DNA of 64,000 bases from Rhodospirillaceae bacterium (GCA_038127535.1 JAYPHU010000010.1:21786-85785); one strand, 5' to 3'; positions 19,878 through 28,921 are shown, counted from the first letter of the stretch. The notes: generated by a model from the sequence alone, not told the origin. A program made the numbers and translations.

Positions 19878-20975
19878 TCATACTTCGATGCACTCCGATA
19901 TGGTTGCGACGACAGGCCGGAACTGCTCAACGGTCGTTACTGAAAATCGGCTATATCTTGAAAGGCAGGGCTCAAAAAACGATTGTCGATAATATACTAT
20001 CGAGTCCAAACGATTATGAATTTCGGGGGCATAATGGCCAAAACCGACCAACTGAAAATTACCCTCCGTTTTCGGCACCTCAAATCCCAATTGGCGCATT
20101 GATTCGGCGAAATAGTCTTTGCCGTTCAAGAGCCTTCGAATTGAGGCGTCCATTTCCTGCATGTTGTCCAGCAAGTGATCCAAAATTGCGGCGGCAAATC
20201 CGCCCAGCTCATACATAGGCTTAACTTTGTGAAGTATGTCGGTTAATTCGGGCGATGCGACACAGTAGCCAATACGAATTCCGGCTAGTCCCCATGACTT
20301 ACTGGCGCTACGAATAACAACCAAATGTGGATACTTCTCCGTTAGCCCTAGGACGGTTTTAGGATAGAAAGGCACATAGACTTCGTCGACGAGCATAATC
20401 GCCCCAACATTACCCGCAGCCTGAGTAAGCGCCTCAAGTTGCTCAGGTTCGAACACCGATCCTGTCGGACTATCTGGGTTGGGGAGACAGACAAGTTTTG
20501 GCCGGAGATCGTGAATCGCCGAAACAAACCGATCGAACCCTATTACAGGACCGTTCTCAGAATACTCATACGGAATCGTTTTTTGGTGGGCACCGAAAAT
20601 TTTGCAATAGACGTCATACATTGCAAAGGTCGGATGAGTCCGCAGCACAAAGTCTCCTGGATTAATAAACGCCTGAAATACGGAGCTTATGGCTGCGTCA
20701 GAGCCGTTTGTTAATAGCAACTTGTCCGCACTCACGCCCAAAAAAGAGGCTAGTTTTCTGTAGACCGGCGCAACATTCGGATAAGTGGCAACGGCCTGAT
20801 TTGGCAAGTCCGACACTACACCGACAATATGGGCAAGTAATTCTGGATCCAAATTCTCATTTTTGTCGAGCCAAAGCTTTTCAGTTTTCCTCCCGCCATC
20901 TTTCAGCCAGTCAGGGCGAACCAGAGAAATATCGGATACGGAATCTCGAGGTTTAGGGGTAGTATACTTCGTCAT
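19878..20975 (-). CDS. Class I/II PLP aminotransferase (HisC-like)
   Basis: PLP-lysine motif SASKSWGLAGIRIGY. LPNPDSPTG. Confidence 0.8.
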   Translation of the reverse strand: MTKYTTPKPRDSVSDISLVRPDWLKDGGRKTEKLWLDKNENLDPELLAHIVGVVSDLPNQAVATYPNVAPVYRKLASFLGVSADKLLLTNGSDAAISSVFQAFINPGDFVLRTHPTFAMYDVYCKIFGAHQKTIPYEYSENGPVIGFDRFVSAIHDLRPKLVCLPNPDSPTGSVFEPEQLEALTQAAGNVGAIMLVDEVYVPFYPKTVLGLTEKYPHLVVIRSASKSWGLAGIRIGYCVASPELTDILHKVKPMYELGGFAAAILDHLLDNMQEMDASIRRLLNGKDYFAESMRQLGFEVPKTEGNFQLVGFGHYAPEIHNRLDSIVYYRQSFFEPCLSRYSRFSVTTVEQFRPVVATISECIEV

Positions 20976-21041
20976 CGTGAAAAATTCATTGGGTGGTTTC
21001 TATACGGTCATTGAAGAGATTTACAAGGTGGCACCGTCAGA

Positions 21042-22832
21042 TCACTGAGCTATCTCGCCAGCAGTAGTAAATTGCCTAAAATCCGGACAAGTTTCGATAA
21101 GCGAATCAAAATCACCCACCGCTGTCACTCGCCCCTCCTTCATGAAGACCAGGCGGTCGCATTGGCGGACCGTATTTAATCGATGCGCTATAATCAAAAC
21201 CGTCATGTCACTGGACAACGAATTTATCGATTTCGTTATTTCCCGTTCTGTCTCGTTATCAAGAGCAGACGTTGCTTCATCGAGAACTAATAACTGTGGA
21301 TCAATGTAAAGGGCGCGCGCAATGGCTAATCGTTGGATTTGCCCGGCTGAAAGACCATGACCGCCCTCGCCTATCTGTTCGTCAATTCCGTTTGGCAGGG
21401 TTTCAACAACGTCTTCTAGACGGGAGAGATTGAGAGTTTCGTGGATACGATCATCGTCAATATCCGAGTCGTCAATTCCGAAAGCAATATTTTTCCGGAC
21501 TGTATCGTTCAACACACGAATGTTTTGAGGGACGTAACCAATTCGTTTCTGCCAATTCGACATGTTTTCGGACGGATCAACTCCATCGACCTTTATCGTT
21601 CCCGACGTTGGCGTAAGGAGACCCATAATGATATCGACGACCGTAGTTTTGCCCGACCCTGACCGGCCGACGAACCCGATCCGCTCTCCAGGGCGGATGA
21701 TAAGATCGAATTCATTTATCGCAGCAAGTGACGTATTGGGATAGACATAGGACACATTGGCCAAATGTATCTGACTGTCGAACCTAATAACGCGCGCGGT
21801 TGTTCGTTGGGGCTGGTCGACCACCACGTTGTATTGTTGCAAATCGGCGTACAGCTCGTTGATATAGGCTGTACGATCTCGAAGTGCCGCAATATTCGAG
21901 AGAATTCTGTTCAGCGTCGGCATCAACCGGAAACAGGCCATGCCGAAGAGACCGAGCACGGACACGGCTTCGCTAGGTGAACGGTTAGATGTTAATGCCA
22001 GCGCCGCTACTATCAACGCGACAACCAGAAACGATTCCAATCCTAACCGCGGCAAATGTATGGCCGTTGACGTGTTCGTGTAATACCACGCGCGCCAATG
22101 GGCGATCTGGCTAAACGAGCGAGAAAACGCCTCATGGCTATGCGATAACTTAATATGACGTATATTGGCCAACGTCTCCGTAATCAGGCCGATGAGGCTC
22201 CCTTCATAGCGCATACCGTCATGTCCCCAGCGAACAAAAGCCCGGGCGGTCGATTTCTGGAGGAAATAAGAGAAACCAAGCAGTACAGCAGCGGAAACGC
22301 TGATTGCAACCGGCTCAACGAGCATCAGAAGCACAACGATGCCTGCTAGCATCAGGATGTCCAAAACAATCAATATAACGAAGCGCAGGCCCTCAAAAGC
22401 CTGGCCGCAACCGGTCACCAAGTTTCTCAGCAACTCCGAATAGGGTCGCCGCAAATGAAATACCAGGGGCTGATGCAGGTAGGTCTTATAAAGTTGCGTC
22501 GAGAAATTCGCGCCTTTCAAATACATCACGATATTGACGAGATACACAATCCCCAACTGCAGCAAACTTTTGAAAATAAAAACAGCGATAAAGATTGCGG
22601 CAATAACTTTAAGGCCCGCATCCTTGAAAACATCGGGTAAATATTGAAAAACCGAAATCGTCGCCCCCACCTCGCCCTCACCCAAGAGCGCAAGGTGGAT
22701 AACGGGCAATATCAAAGCAATGCTGAACATCTCGAACAGGGCAAGCGCTAGCATCGGTATCAAAAGCAGACCCAGGTGAACACGATCCGGCAGGCTGACA
22801 AACATTGTTAGCTTTTTTAAAAGCTCAATCAT
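21042..22832 (-). CDS. ABC exporter, fused permease-ATPase half transporter (MsbA/PglK-like)
   Basis: Six N-terminal hydrophobic helices. Walker A GRSGSGKTT, signature LSAGQIQR, Walker B LLVLDEATSALD. Confidence 0.9.
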   Translation of the reverse strand: MIELLKKLTMFVSLPDRVHLGLLLIPMLALALFEMFSIALILPVIHLALLGEGEVGATISVFQYLPDVFKDAGLKVIAAIFIAVFIFKSLLQLGIVYLVNIVMYLKGANFSTQLYKTYLHQPLVFHLRRPYSELLRNLVTGCGQAFEGLRFVILIVLDILMLAGIVVLLMLVEPVAISVSAAVLLGFSYFLQKSTARAFVRWGHDGMRYEGSLIGLITETLANIRHIKLSHSHEAFSRSFSQIAHWRAWYYTNTSTAIHLPRLGLESFLVVALIVAALALTSNRSPSEAVSVLGLFGMACFRLMPTLNRILSNIAALRDRTAYINELYADLQQYNVVVDQPQRTTARVIRFDSQIHLANVSYVYPNTSLAAINEFDLIIRPGERIGFVGRSGSGKTTVVDIIMGLLTPTSGTIKVDGVDPSENMSNWQKRIGYVPQNIRVLNDTVRKNIAFGIDDSDIDDDRIHETLNLSRLEDVVETLPNGIDEQIGEGGHGLSAGQIQRLAIARALYIDPQLLVLDEATSALDNETEREITKSINSLSSDMTVLIIAHRLNTVRQCDRLVFMKEGRVTAVGDFDSLIETCPDFRQFTTAGEIAQ

Positions 22833-22905
22833 GGAAATCTGTTTCTGATCAAACAGCGGCTCAGGTTTGGATTAAACAAACTGGCCCGGAACAATCGGCT
22901 TCCGG

Positions 22906-24102
22906 TCAATCGATTTCCCGAAAGTACGGTAAAGTAAGTGGGTCACCTGCCAAAACACGGAAGAAAAGTCCGTAATAATATCGAACGCGCCGGATATACG
23001 CGTAACCGGCGGCGATAACCGCATGAAATTTCCCCCTACTCAGACAATTGAATAAATAAACGGGGCTGACGAACCGTAATTCGTAGGTCGTAGGCAAGGG
23101 GATCGCAAAAAAGGAAAGAGCTCCGTGAATGAATAACGGCCTGTGTTTTCGATCAAAGCCGCAATGATCGAGTCTATTTTTTAATATGAAGTCGAGAACG
23201 AATTTTTCCGTCCCGAGAAGTTTCTGCTGCCAGTTATTGCTTCTAATCCGGCTCGTAAACTCCCGCTCATCCATACCAGGCTCTCCCTGCACGGGAGATA
23301 AATTATCGCCCCACCATCTTAGGCCGGCCCATGTTGATTTCATTACGCACGGATGAAATTCAACGCCAAGCCAGCAGCAAAGCGATCGCAAGACGGACTC
23401 GTTTGACAAATCCTCCATCCGCATAACTCGGAACCGGTCGGCAAGCGCAAACAGCGGTGCAGGATCGTCGATCAATCGTTTTAAGGCGAGGCGTGGAAGC
23501 GACGGTTCATCGATCAATTTTGCTTCTCGGAGAACCTGTTCCATTTTGGAAACGTATGCCGCACGTGGATCTCTCGTCGTGGCTATCATTTTGCTTTGCG
23601 GAAAATCTTCGAAATACGGGTCCAGCCGGCTGATGTCATGGATATGGTGAAAGAATACTTTCTTGATCATCGGATCTTGCCCAAGCGCCAACGCATAGGA
23701 AACGTAAACGGCCGATAAAACGTTTTTTCTCGTTACCGCCCGATTTTTAAAAAGGGCTGCCATATGGCCTTTAAACGCTGGAATATCGATACTAATCGAT
23801 TGATCCATGCTCTCGCCCAACCGATCCTTCCGTTCGACGACATCGTATTTCGACCGGAATTTGTCGATATGGCTGCCGATAAATTCTTGGGTGATATCTT
23901 CGATATCTAAATATTCGGAGCAGACGGTGCTTTTAGCGTTCTGCCAAAACTCGTGAAAAAATAAAATCCCATTGAAATTGAATATTTCCGGATGAGAGTC
24001 GAGCTGGCTTTGCAATGCGTCGCTCCCGGCCCGCCCCGTAGCCACCAGCCCGCACCAACCGCAACGATCAACATGAGCCCAGATTTGATCATAGTTTATC
24101 AC
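22906..24102 (-). CDS. Putative PAPS-dependent sulfotransferase
   Basis: 5'-PSB-like ATGRAGSDAL and 3'-PB-like TTRDPRAAYVS. GTGA overlap with the APS kinase stop at 24099-24102. Confidence 0.6.
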   Translation of the reverse strand: MINYDQIWAHVDRCGWCGLVATGRAGSDALQSQLDSHPEIFNFNGILFFHEFWQNAKSTVCSEYLDIEDITQEFIGSHIDKFRSKYDVVERKDRLGESMDQSISIDIPAFKGHMAALFKNRAVTRKNVLSAVYVSYALALGQDPMIKKVFFHHIHDISRLDPYFEDFPQSKMIATTRDPRAAYVSKMEQVLREAKLIDEPSLPRLALKRLIDDPAPLFALADRFRVMRMEDLSNESVLRSLCCWLGVEFHPCVMKSTWAGLRWWGDNLSPVQGEPGMDEREFTSRIRSNNWQQKLLGTEKFVLDFILKNRLDHCGFDRKHRPLFIHGALSFFAIPLPTTYELRFVSPVYLFNCLSRGKFHAVIAAGYAYIRRVRYYYGLFFRVLAGDPLTLPYFREID

Positions 24103-24647
24103 TCGCCACCGGCCTCCACGGTGAAATCTGGAAGCGCCACCCTTAACCGCGGCACGGCCATTGCCACCTCCCGAGCCATTTCCACCGGCGAACGCCGATT
24201 ATCCGCGTCCAAAACCATGTCTGGGTTGACCGGCTCATGCCACTCGATATCCATGCCCACGACATTGCCCATTTTCCCATCCCGAGCCTGCGCGTAGAGA
24301 GCCTTGGTATCCCGCGCTATCACGGTATCCAGAGAAGCGTGAAGATAGACTTCGAAGTAGTCGTCTAGATTGGTCCTGTTCCAGTCCAATAAATCGGCAT
24401 TGCCGTATAGGACGGCAACAATAACGACCAACCCCTGCTCCGCCAGAACCTTCGACATGGCCTGTAAGCGCCCAACCTGCAAAATCCGATCCGTTTCGGA
24501 ATAGCCGAGGTTATGCCCAAAGGCAGCCCGAACGATATCGCCGTCCAGAATGACGAGTTCAGGAAGCCGAGGCTTTAAGAGATCTCGCAACGCCGAACAC
24601 AGCGTCGTTTTACCGGCCCCGGAAAGGCCCGTGATCCATACAATCAT
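24099..24647 (-). CDS. cysC: Adenylylsulfate (APS) kinase
   Basis: MIVWITGLSGAGKTT P-loop, LDGDIVR, YSETDR. Confidence 0.9.
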   Translation of the reverse strand: MIVWITGLSGAGKTTLCSALRDLLKPRLPELVILDGDIVRAAFGHNLGYSETDRILQVGRLQAMSKVLAEQGLVVIVAVLYGNADLLDWNRTNLDDYFEVYLHASLDTVIARDTKALYAQARDGKMGNVVGMDIEWHEPVNPDMVLDADNRRSPVEMAREVAMAVPRLRVALPDFTVEAGGE

Positions 24648-24678
24648 TTTGTGTCGAAATGTCCTGTGATTTAATTTT

Positions 24679-25860
24679 TTAAACGAGTGTTTTACGGGTT
24701 ACCGCATCAGGCGACGACGAAGACGTCTGGGTTTCAAAGGATTCAAAGCTTTTGCGGGCAAGGTCACGAGCAGCCGGCCCATCGATACTCCGGATATTGT
24801 TGGCTGCACGCGCCCGGGTTATCAGCCCGTCACCCATTTCGGCAATATCTTCCGAACGCAGATACGGGGATATATACTTGCCAAGGTCCAATCCCCTCAA
24901 CCATCTATCTAATAGATCGGGAAATTCCTGTGTTTGGGCGCCAAAGGCATCCGCAGCGATCGCCACGCGGTCCGCATCTTCGTCCATATTAAAACGCGCG
25001 ACTTCCGGTAACGTGAAGCTGCAGGCGAACCCATGCGGCATATCGTATCGCGCCGTAAACGGATAGGACAATGAATGGGCAAGCGCTGTCTGGGTTGTGC
25101 CCATGGCCAAGCCACTCAAAACCGCAGCCGTTTGCATTTGCCGGCGCGATTCCACATTTTCGGCATCTTTCATGACTATCGGCAAGTGGACCTTAATAAT
25201 CTGGATGGCGTTAGCAGCAATCTGATCCGACAAATCCGTTTGATTGCGGTTCCAGATGGATTCAAGAGCATGTGATAATGCGTCCAGCCCGCTCGCCAAC
25301 GTAACGTCCGGGGGCATGGATAGGCATAGCGCTGCATCGAGAACTGCGGCCATAGGAAATAGTTTCGGATGCGTAAAAGAAAACTTAACCTGATCGTCGC
25401 CCCAAACGGTCGCCCACTGAGTAACTTCCGATCCGGTGCCGGAGGTTGTAGGGACGGCAATAACCGGTAACGGCTCAAAGTCGGGGGGCAGGTTCTCACC
25501 GTCTCTCAAATGACTCGTCATTACCTCGTCATTTTTCCCCAGACCACAATATCCCGCGATCGATTTTGCACAATCGATAACCGACCCGCCTCCCAGGGCA
25601 ACAATAATTTCGGCGTCACCGGTCAGCTTATCGGCCAAACCGACGACATCGGAAACCTTCGGGTTTTCGGGTATCGTTTCAATACACGCAACCGGTTCTC
25701 CGGCAAATCGGTATACCGATTCCAGCGCCCCGCGTGCGCGCCATCCTCTGCTGGTCGCAATCGCCCAGGACCGGCCTGAAATGAGCTGGCCAATCGCCTC
25801 CCCGTAGGCCTGCGTATAATATACGCGCGTCGGGCTGTAATAAGGACGGTTCAGAACCAT
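24679..25860 (-). CDS. Iron-containing (group III) alcohol dehydrogenase; by context a phosphonoacetaldehyde reductase candidate
   Basis: LGGGSVIDCAK and LSHALES His region of Fe-ADHs. Its ATG lies 10 nt inside the end of the HEPD/MPnS-like gene. Confidence 0.75.
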   Translation of the reverse strand: MVLNRPYYSPTRVYYTQAYGEAIGQLISGRSWAIATSRGWRARGALESVYRFAGEPVACIETIPENPKVSDVVGLADKLTGDAEIIVALGGGSVIDCAKSIAGYCGLGKNDEVMTSHLRDGENLPPDFEPLPVIAVPTTSGTGSEVTQWATVWGDDQVKFSFTHPKLFPMAAVLDAALCLSMPPDVTLASGLDALSHALESIWNRNQTDLSDQIAANAIQIIKVHLPIVMKDAENVESRRQMQTAAVLSGLAMGTTQTALAHSLSYPFTARYDMPHGFACSFTLPEVARFNMDEDADRVAIAADAFGAQTQEFPDLLDRWLRGLDLGKYISPYLRSEDIAEMGDGLITRARAANNIRSIDGPAARDLARKSFESFETQTSSSSPDAVTRKTLV

Positions 25861-27212
25861 TGGGACGTTTCTTCGATTGCGCGTTTTTTCCCGCTCGGCG
25901 CGAACGAGGCAAATTCGTCGAGGACGGAATCAGTGAAAGCTCCCGGTACGCGAATCATCGCCAGTTTGCCGTCTTCCGCACCCGTAACTCTCTCGAAGCG
26001 ATGGGTAACCAATGGGAGCACATAGGCCGAATCTCCTGGCTGCAAGGTCCGGCGCTGGTCGTCCGCCCAAACCAGATCAACCGGCGCATCGCCATAATTA
26101 TAGATATATTCGTGCAGCGCATGATACATATCACCCCCCGGTCCACCGAGAACGGCAACGTCAAAGCCTTTGAGCAATGGTTGATGCGAACAGCGGGCAA
26201 GCTCAACCAATTGATAGGCCGGTTGATTTCCATCAGGATATCCGCGCCCTGGGGTGGTGCTTAGTTTGCGCACCACAACGCGTCTCTCGGATGGAACGGA
26301 ATCGGCCATGAGATCGGCCGGTCGAACGTTCAGCAGCTGCGCCACAGACTGTACCTCGTCCCATGTCGGCACTTCACCATCGAGAAGGGCCTGGGCGCGA
26401 GGTGCCTCGCACCCGTTTTCGATCATGCGTGAAACGAAACTCGGGACGGTCATGCTCTCGGCGGCCAACTGACGCTTCATCCTAAGGGCGAACGGCGCAT
26501 CGACGTCTAAATTTCCGGCATGATCCATGAGTGACTGACCATCGACCGAGGCGAATTCACGATAGGCACGGCGAACCTCCCCGCCATAGGTGATGGCGAT
26601 GATCAAGCCCCTTGTCTCCGAATCCCGGCTGGTGAAACTATGAGGAACAAACGGCGTGATATAGTTCGAATCGCCGGTATTCATTTCTTCGCAATAACGG
26701 CGTCCATCGATTTCCCAGTAAAAATTCACGGGGCCGATGAAAAAGGTCGTTTGGTGCATAAAATGTCCCTTGTTATAGGCGACATCAGGGTTTTCGGGAT
26801 CGGCGTTGTCGACATAGCGTATTTCGGCGATCCACTCCGGCTTAAAGGGCGCAAGCTGGCTCATGGCCGTATCGCGGTATTCATAGTAGGGAGATGTCGA
26901 TCCGGTACGATCGACCCTGTCGAAAATACGCGAAGACCGGCGGGATTGTTCGGCGGTCATGACCAGAACACCGTTGTCGGTGTCGTCGCTGTCCAGCCAA
27001 ATATCGGCAAGCGAAATCGGATAAACTTCGGCCATAGTTTTCATAACGTTCTCGGCGGTCGTCAAATCCGTCTGTCCGGCAATCGTGGATTCGATAATTT
27101 CCAATGGGATGCCGATATCCTGCGCGAGCGCTGACGGAGTGCGTTTAAGATCGTTTGCCTCACTTAGTATACGTGCGCCCAGTTTTTGCAGAAACTGACC
27201 CTGTTTGGTCAT
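25851..27212 (-). CDS. HEPD/MPnS-family (HTH-cupin)x2 non-heme iron oxygenase; methylphosphonate synthase-like
   Basis: Two repeats of an XRE-like HTH plus a cupin. First cupin: GH150FMHQ154TTFFIGPVNF164 ... YI185TPFVPH191. ATGA overlap with the upstream nucleotidyltransferase at 27209-27212. Confidence 0.7.
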   Translation of the reverse strand: MTKQGQFLQKLGARILSEANDLKRTPSALAQDIGIPLEIIESTIAGQTDLTTAENVMKTMAEVYPISLADIWLDSDDTDNGVLVMTAEQSRRSSRIFDRVDRTGSTSPYYEYRDTAMSQLAPFKPEWIAEIRYVDNADPENPDVAYNKGHFMHQTTFFIGPVNFYWEIDGRRYCEEMNTGDSNYITPFVPHSFTSRDSETRGLIIAITYGGEVRRAYREFASVDGQSLMDHAGNLDVDAPFALRMKRQLAAESMTVPSFVSRMIENGCEAPRAQALLDGEVPTWDEVQSVAQLLNVRPADLMADSVPSERRVVVRKLSTTPGRGYPDGNQPAYQLVELARCSHQPLLKGFDVAVLGGPGGDMYHALHEYIYNYGDAPVDLVWADDQRRTLQPGDSAYVLPLVTHRFERVTGAEDGKLAMIRVPGAFTDSVLDEFASFAPSGKKRAIEETSQWF

Positions 27213-28015
27213 ATGGATTCCTCGTTCAGAGATTGAAGGGTGCTCAACCGTTGGCGGTCGGCAATAGTGTTCAATCGATTATAATCTTGGAGCGTGTCGA
27301 GTTCGGCCCACCCACGTTCGACCAACGCCGCGTCGATGCGGTGCCCCCTGTCGACAAGCTCCTGGAACATATCCGTTATGTAGGCGATACGCCAAGCACG
27401 AGCCCGTTGAAACGGTTCTTCGGGGTCAAGCCGTTTGTCTAGTTCGTCAAACGTCTCCCGCATGAGCGTAGTTCCGTCCGCGCTCATACGCCATAAACCA
27501 AGGAATTCACCTTGTTCTTCTATCTTTTCCTGCGGCTCCTTCAGCCCTTTTCCAAATCTATGCAATCTGCCGTCGGCGTCGAAGTGGGCGTTCTCGGCTT
27601 CTTCGGGGGGATGTTCCGAACGGCCGATATAATAATCTTTCCAATCCGTATCGACCGCCGCGACGATGTCGCCGCCGGTGTTTACAAGCGCTGTGTAGAT
27701 GCCGGGTTCGACCCAAATATCCGAATAGGTACAAATCAACGGCCCGTCGAGTGCATCCCGGGCACACATCAATGAATGCAGGATATTATTGTTTTCGTAG
27801 TTGTTATTCCGGACGAAGCGGACGCTATCTGTTTGGACGGCCTCGCTCATATGGCCGACGATAACGATAATTTCATCGCAACCGGCGGCACGAAGATTAT
27901 CTTTCGCGCTTTCAATCAGGGGGCGCCCGCCGACCGGTAACATGCATTTAGGGCGCACTATTGTCAGTGGACGCATACGCATCCCCATCCCCGCCGCGAT
28001 AATTACCCCTTTCAT
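27209..28015 (-). CDS. LicC/PntC-like nucleotidyltransferase (cytidylyltransferase candidate for a phosphonate or phospho-alcohol)
   Basis: MKGVIIAAGMGMRMRPLT (GxGxR) with a small-molecule NTP-transferase fold length (268 aa). ATGA overlap at 28012-28015. Confidence 0.75.
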   Translation of the reverse strand: MKGVIIAAGMGMRMRPLTIVRPKCMLPVGGRPLIESAKDNLRAAGCDEIIVIVGHMSEAVQTDSVRFVRNNNYENNNILHSLMCARDALDGPLICTYSDIWVEPGIYTALVNTGGDIVAAVDTDWKDYYIGRSEHPPEEAENAHFDADGRLHRFGKGLKEPQEKIEEQGEFLGLWRMSADGTTLMRETFDELDKRLDPEEPFQRARAWRIAYITDMFQELVDRGHRIDAALVERGWAELDTLQDYNRLNTIADRQRLSTLQSLNEESI

Positions 28016-28911
28016 TGTTTCGGTCTTCTTTCAAAAAAATTGTTGGTATCGATTGTTTCGGTGTCAGGCTCCCCGCCGGACGTCGAAACCCGGAGCTTCA
28101 AGTCAAAACCGGCATCAACCATCTCTTGCGTGATGAATTCGAAGTTTTGCCGGTTTGCCGTCGTATTAGTCGGCGGCAATTCAATCATCACTGTCTTCAA
28201 ACGTGTGTCCCGAAGCGTCGTCTGGGCTCCTCTGATTACCCTCTCCTGAATACCGTCGATATCCACTTTCATGTGGGTTGGAAATGGCACATCAAACGTT
28301 TCCAGGAAAGAATCGATCGAAAACCCGATGGCCGGAAATTGCTTCACCGCATCGACGGGACTCCCGTGATTGTCGAGCGTTTGACCGAACACCCCACCGG
28401 CACCGCCGGCCATATCACCCTCCACCGGAACGGAAAGGGGAGAAACCTCTGTCTTGTCTGACAACGCTAAACAGAATGGCCAAACGCGGTCGGCTAGACC
28501 ATTCAAGTGGATCGTCTCGACTATATTGGCATGATTCTGAGGCAACGGATCGAATGCCAGAACGCTCGCGTCCGACTTGACGGCCGCATAAAGGCTAAAA
28601 ATTCCGATATTAGATCCGATGTCCCAGAAGTTGTCGGCCTTCGCGAAACCGGCGATCCACCGCAGTGTATCGGGCTCCCTCTCGAGCATCCTCTCAACGC
28701 GGATTCGAACCAAATCGCTGTCGATACGAAATTTGATTTCATCGCCACCTATGTCGACGGAATAACTGCGATCGAAACGGTCGAGAGAGACAGCTAGTAA
28801 CTTGAAGTAAAAAGCCGGAGAAACTGACCGGGCCAAGGTTTCAAACGAATTTATTAAAAGATTGAATGACCGGTGGGCAATCGAGGAGTTCAAATCGTTA
28901 GGTCGTGGCAT
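28012..28911 (-). CDS. FkbM-family methyltransferase
   Basis: FWDIGSNIGIFSLYAA motif. Trimmed to the ATG at 28911 (MPRPNDL...), preceded by GAGAAGG. The track start at 29010 would overlap the SDR gene. Confidence 0.75.
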   Translation of the reverse strand: MPRPNDLNSSIAHRSFNLLINSFETLARSVSPAFYFKLLAVSLDRFDRSYSVDIGGDEIKFRIDSDLVRIRVERMLEREPDTLRWIAGFAKADNFWDIGSNIGIFSLYAAVKSDASVLAFDPLPQNHANIVETIHLNGLADRVWPFCLALSDKTEVSPLSVPVEGDMAGGAGGVFGQTLDNHGSPVDAVKQFPAIGFSIDSFLETFDVPFPTHMKVDIDGIQERVIRGAQTTLRDTRLKTVMIELPPTNTTANRQNFEFITQEMVDAGFDLKLRVSTSGGEPDTETIDTNNFFERRPKQ

Positions 28912-28921
28912 GGGGCCTTCT

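Noticed and set aside
19649-20218. Other long plus-strand ORFs (19649..20218, 41295..41816, 26640..27134, 49928..50353, 55217..55690, 48046..48525, 7046..7489, 50..382 and similar)
   Set aside because: Each is fully antisense to a minus-strand gene with clear family motifs. None has a motif of its own. I found no support for any plus-strand gene in the window.
22886-22905. Hairpin CCGGAA-N8-TTCCGG immediately after the sulfotransferase stop, followed by GCCAGTTTGTTTAAT on the minus strand
   Set aside because: The stem is only 6 bp and the T-tract is interrupted. It lies within a tightly packed operon 53 nt before the ABC transporter start. It may be a weak attenuator, but the support is insufficient.
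24679-25860. Fe-ADH as a KdnB-type enzyme for 8-amino-Kdo (Kdo8N) biosynthesis, given the two KdsB-like genes
   Set aside because: It overlaps the HEPD/MPnS-like gene and sits 10 kb or more from either KdsB-like gene. No KdnA-type aminotransferase is adjacent. The phosphonoacetaldehyde reductase role fits the context better, but only a phylogeny or an assay can exclude the alternative.
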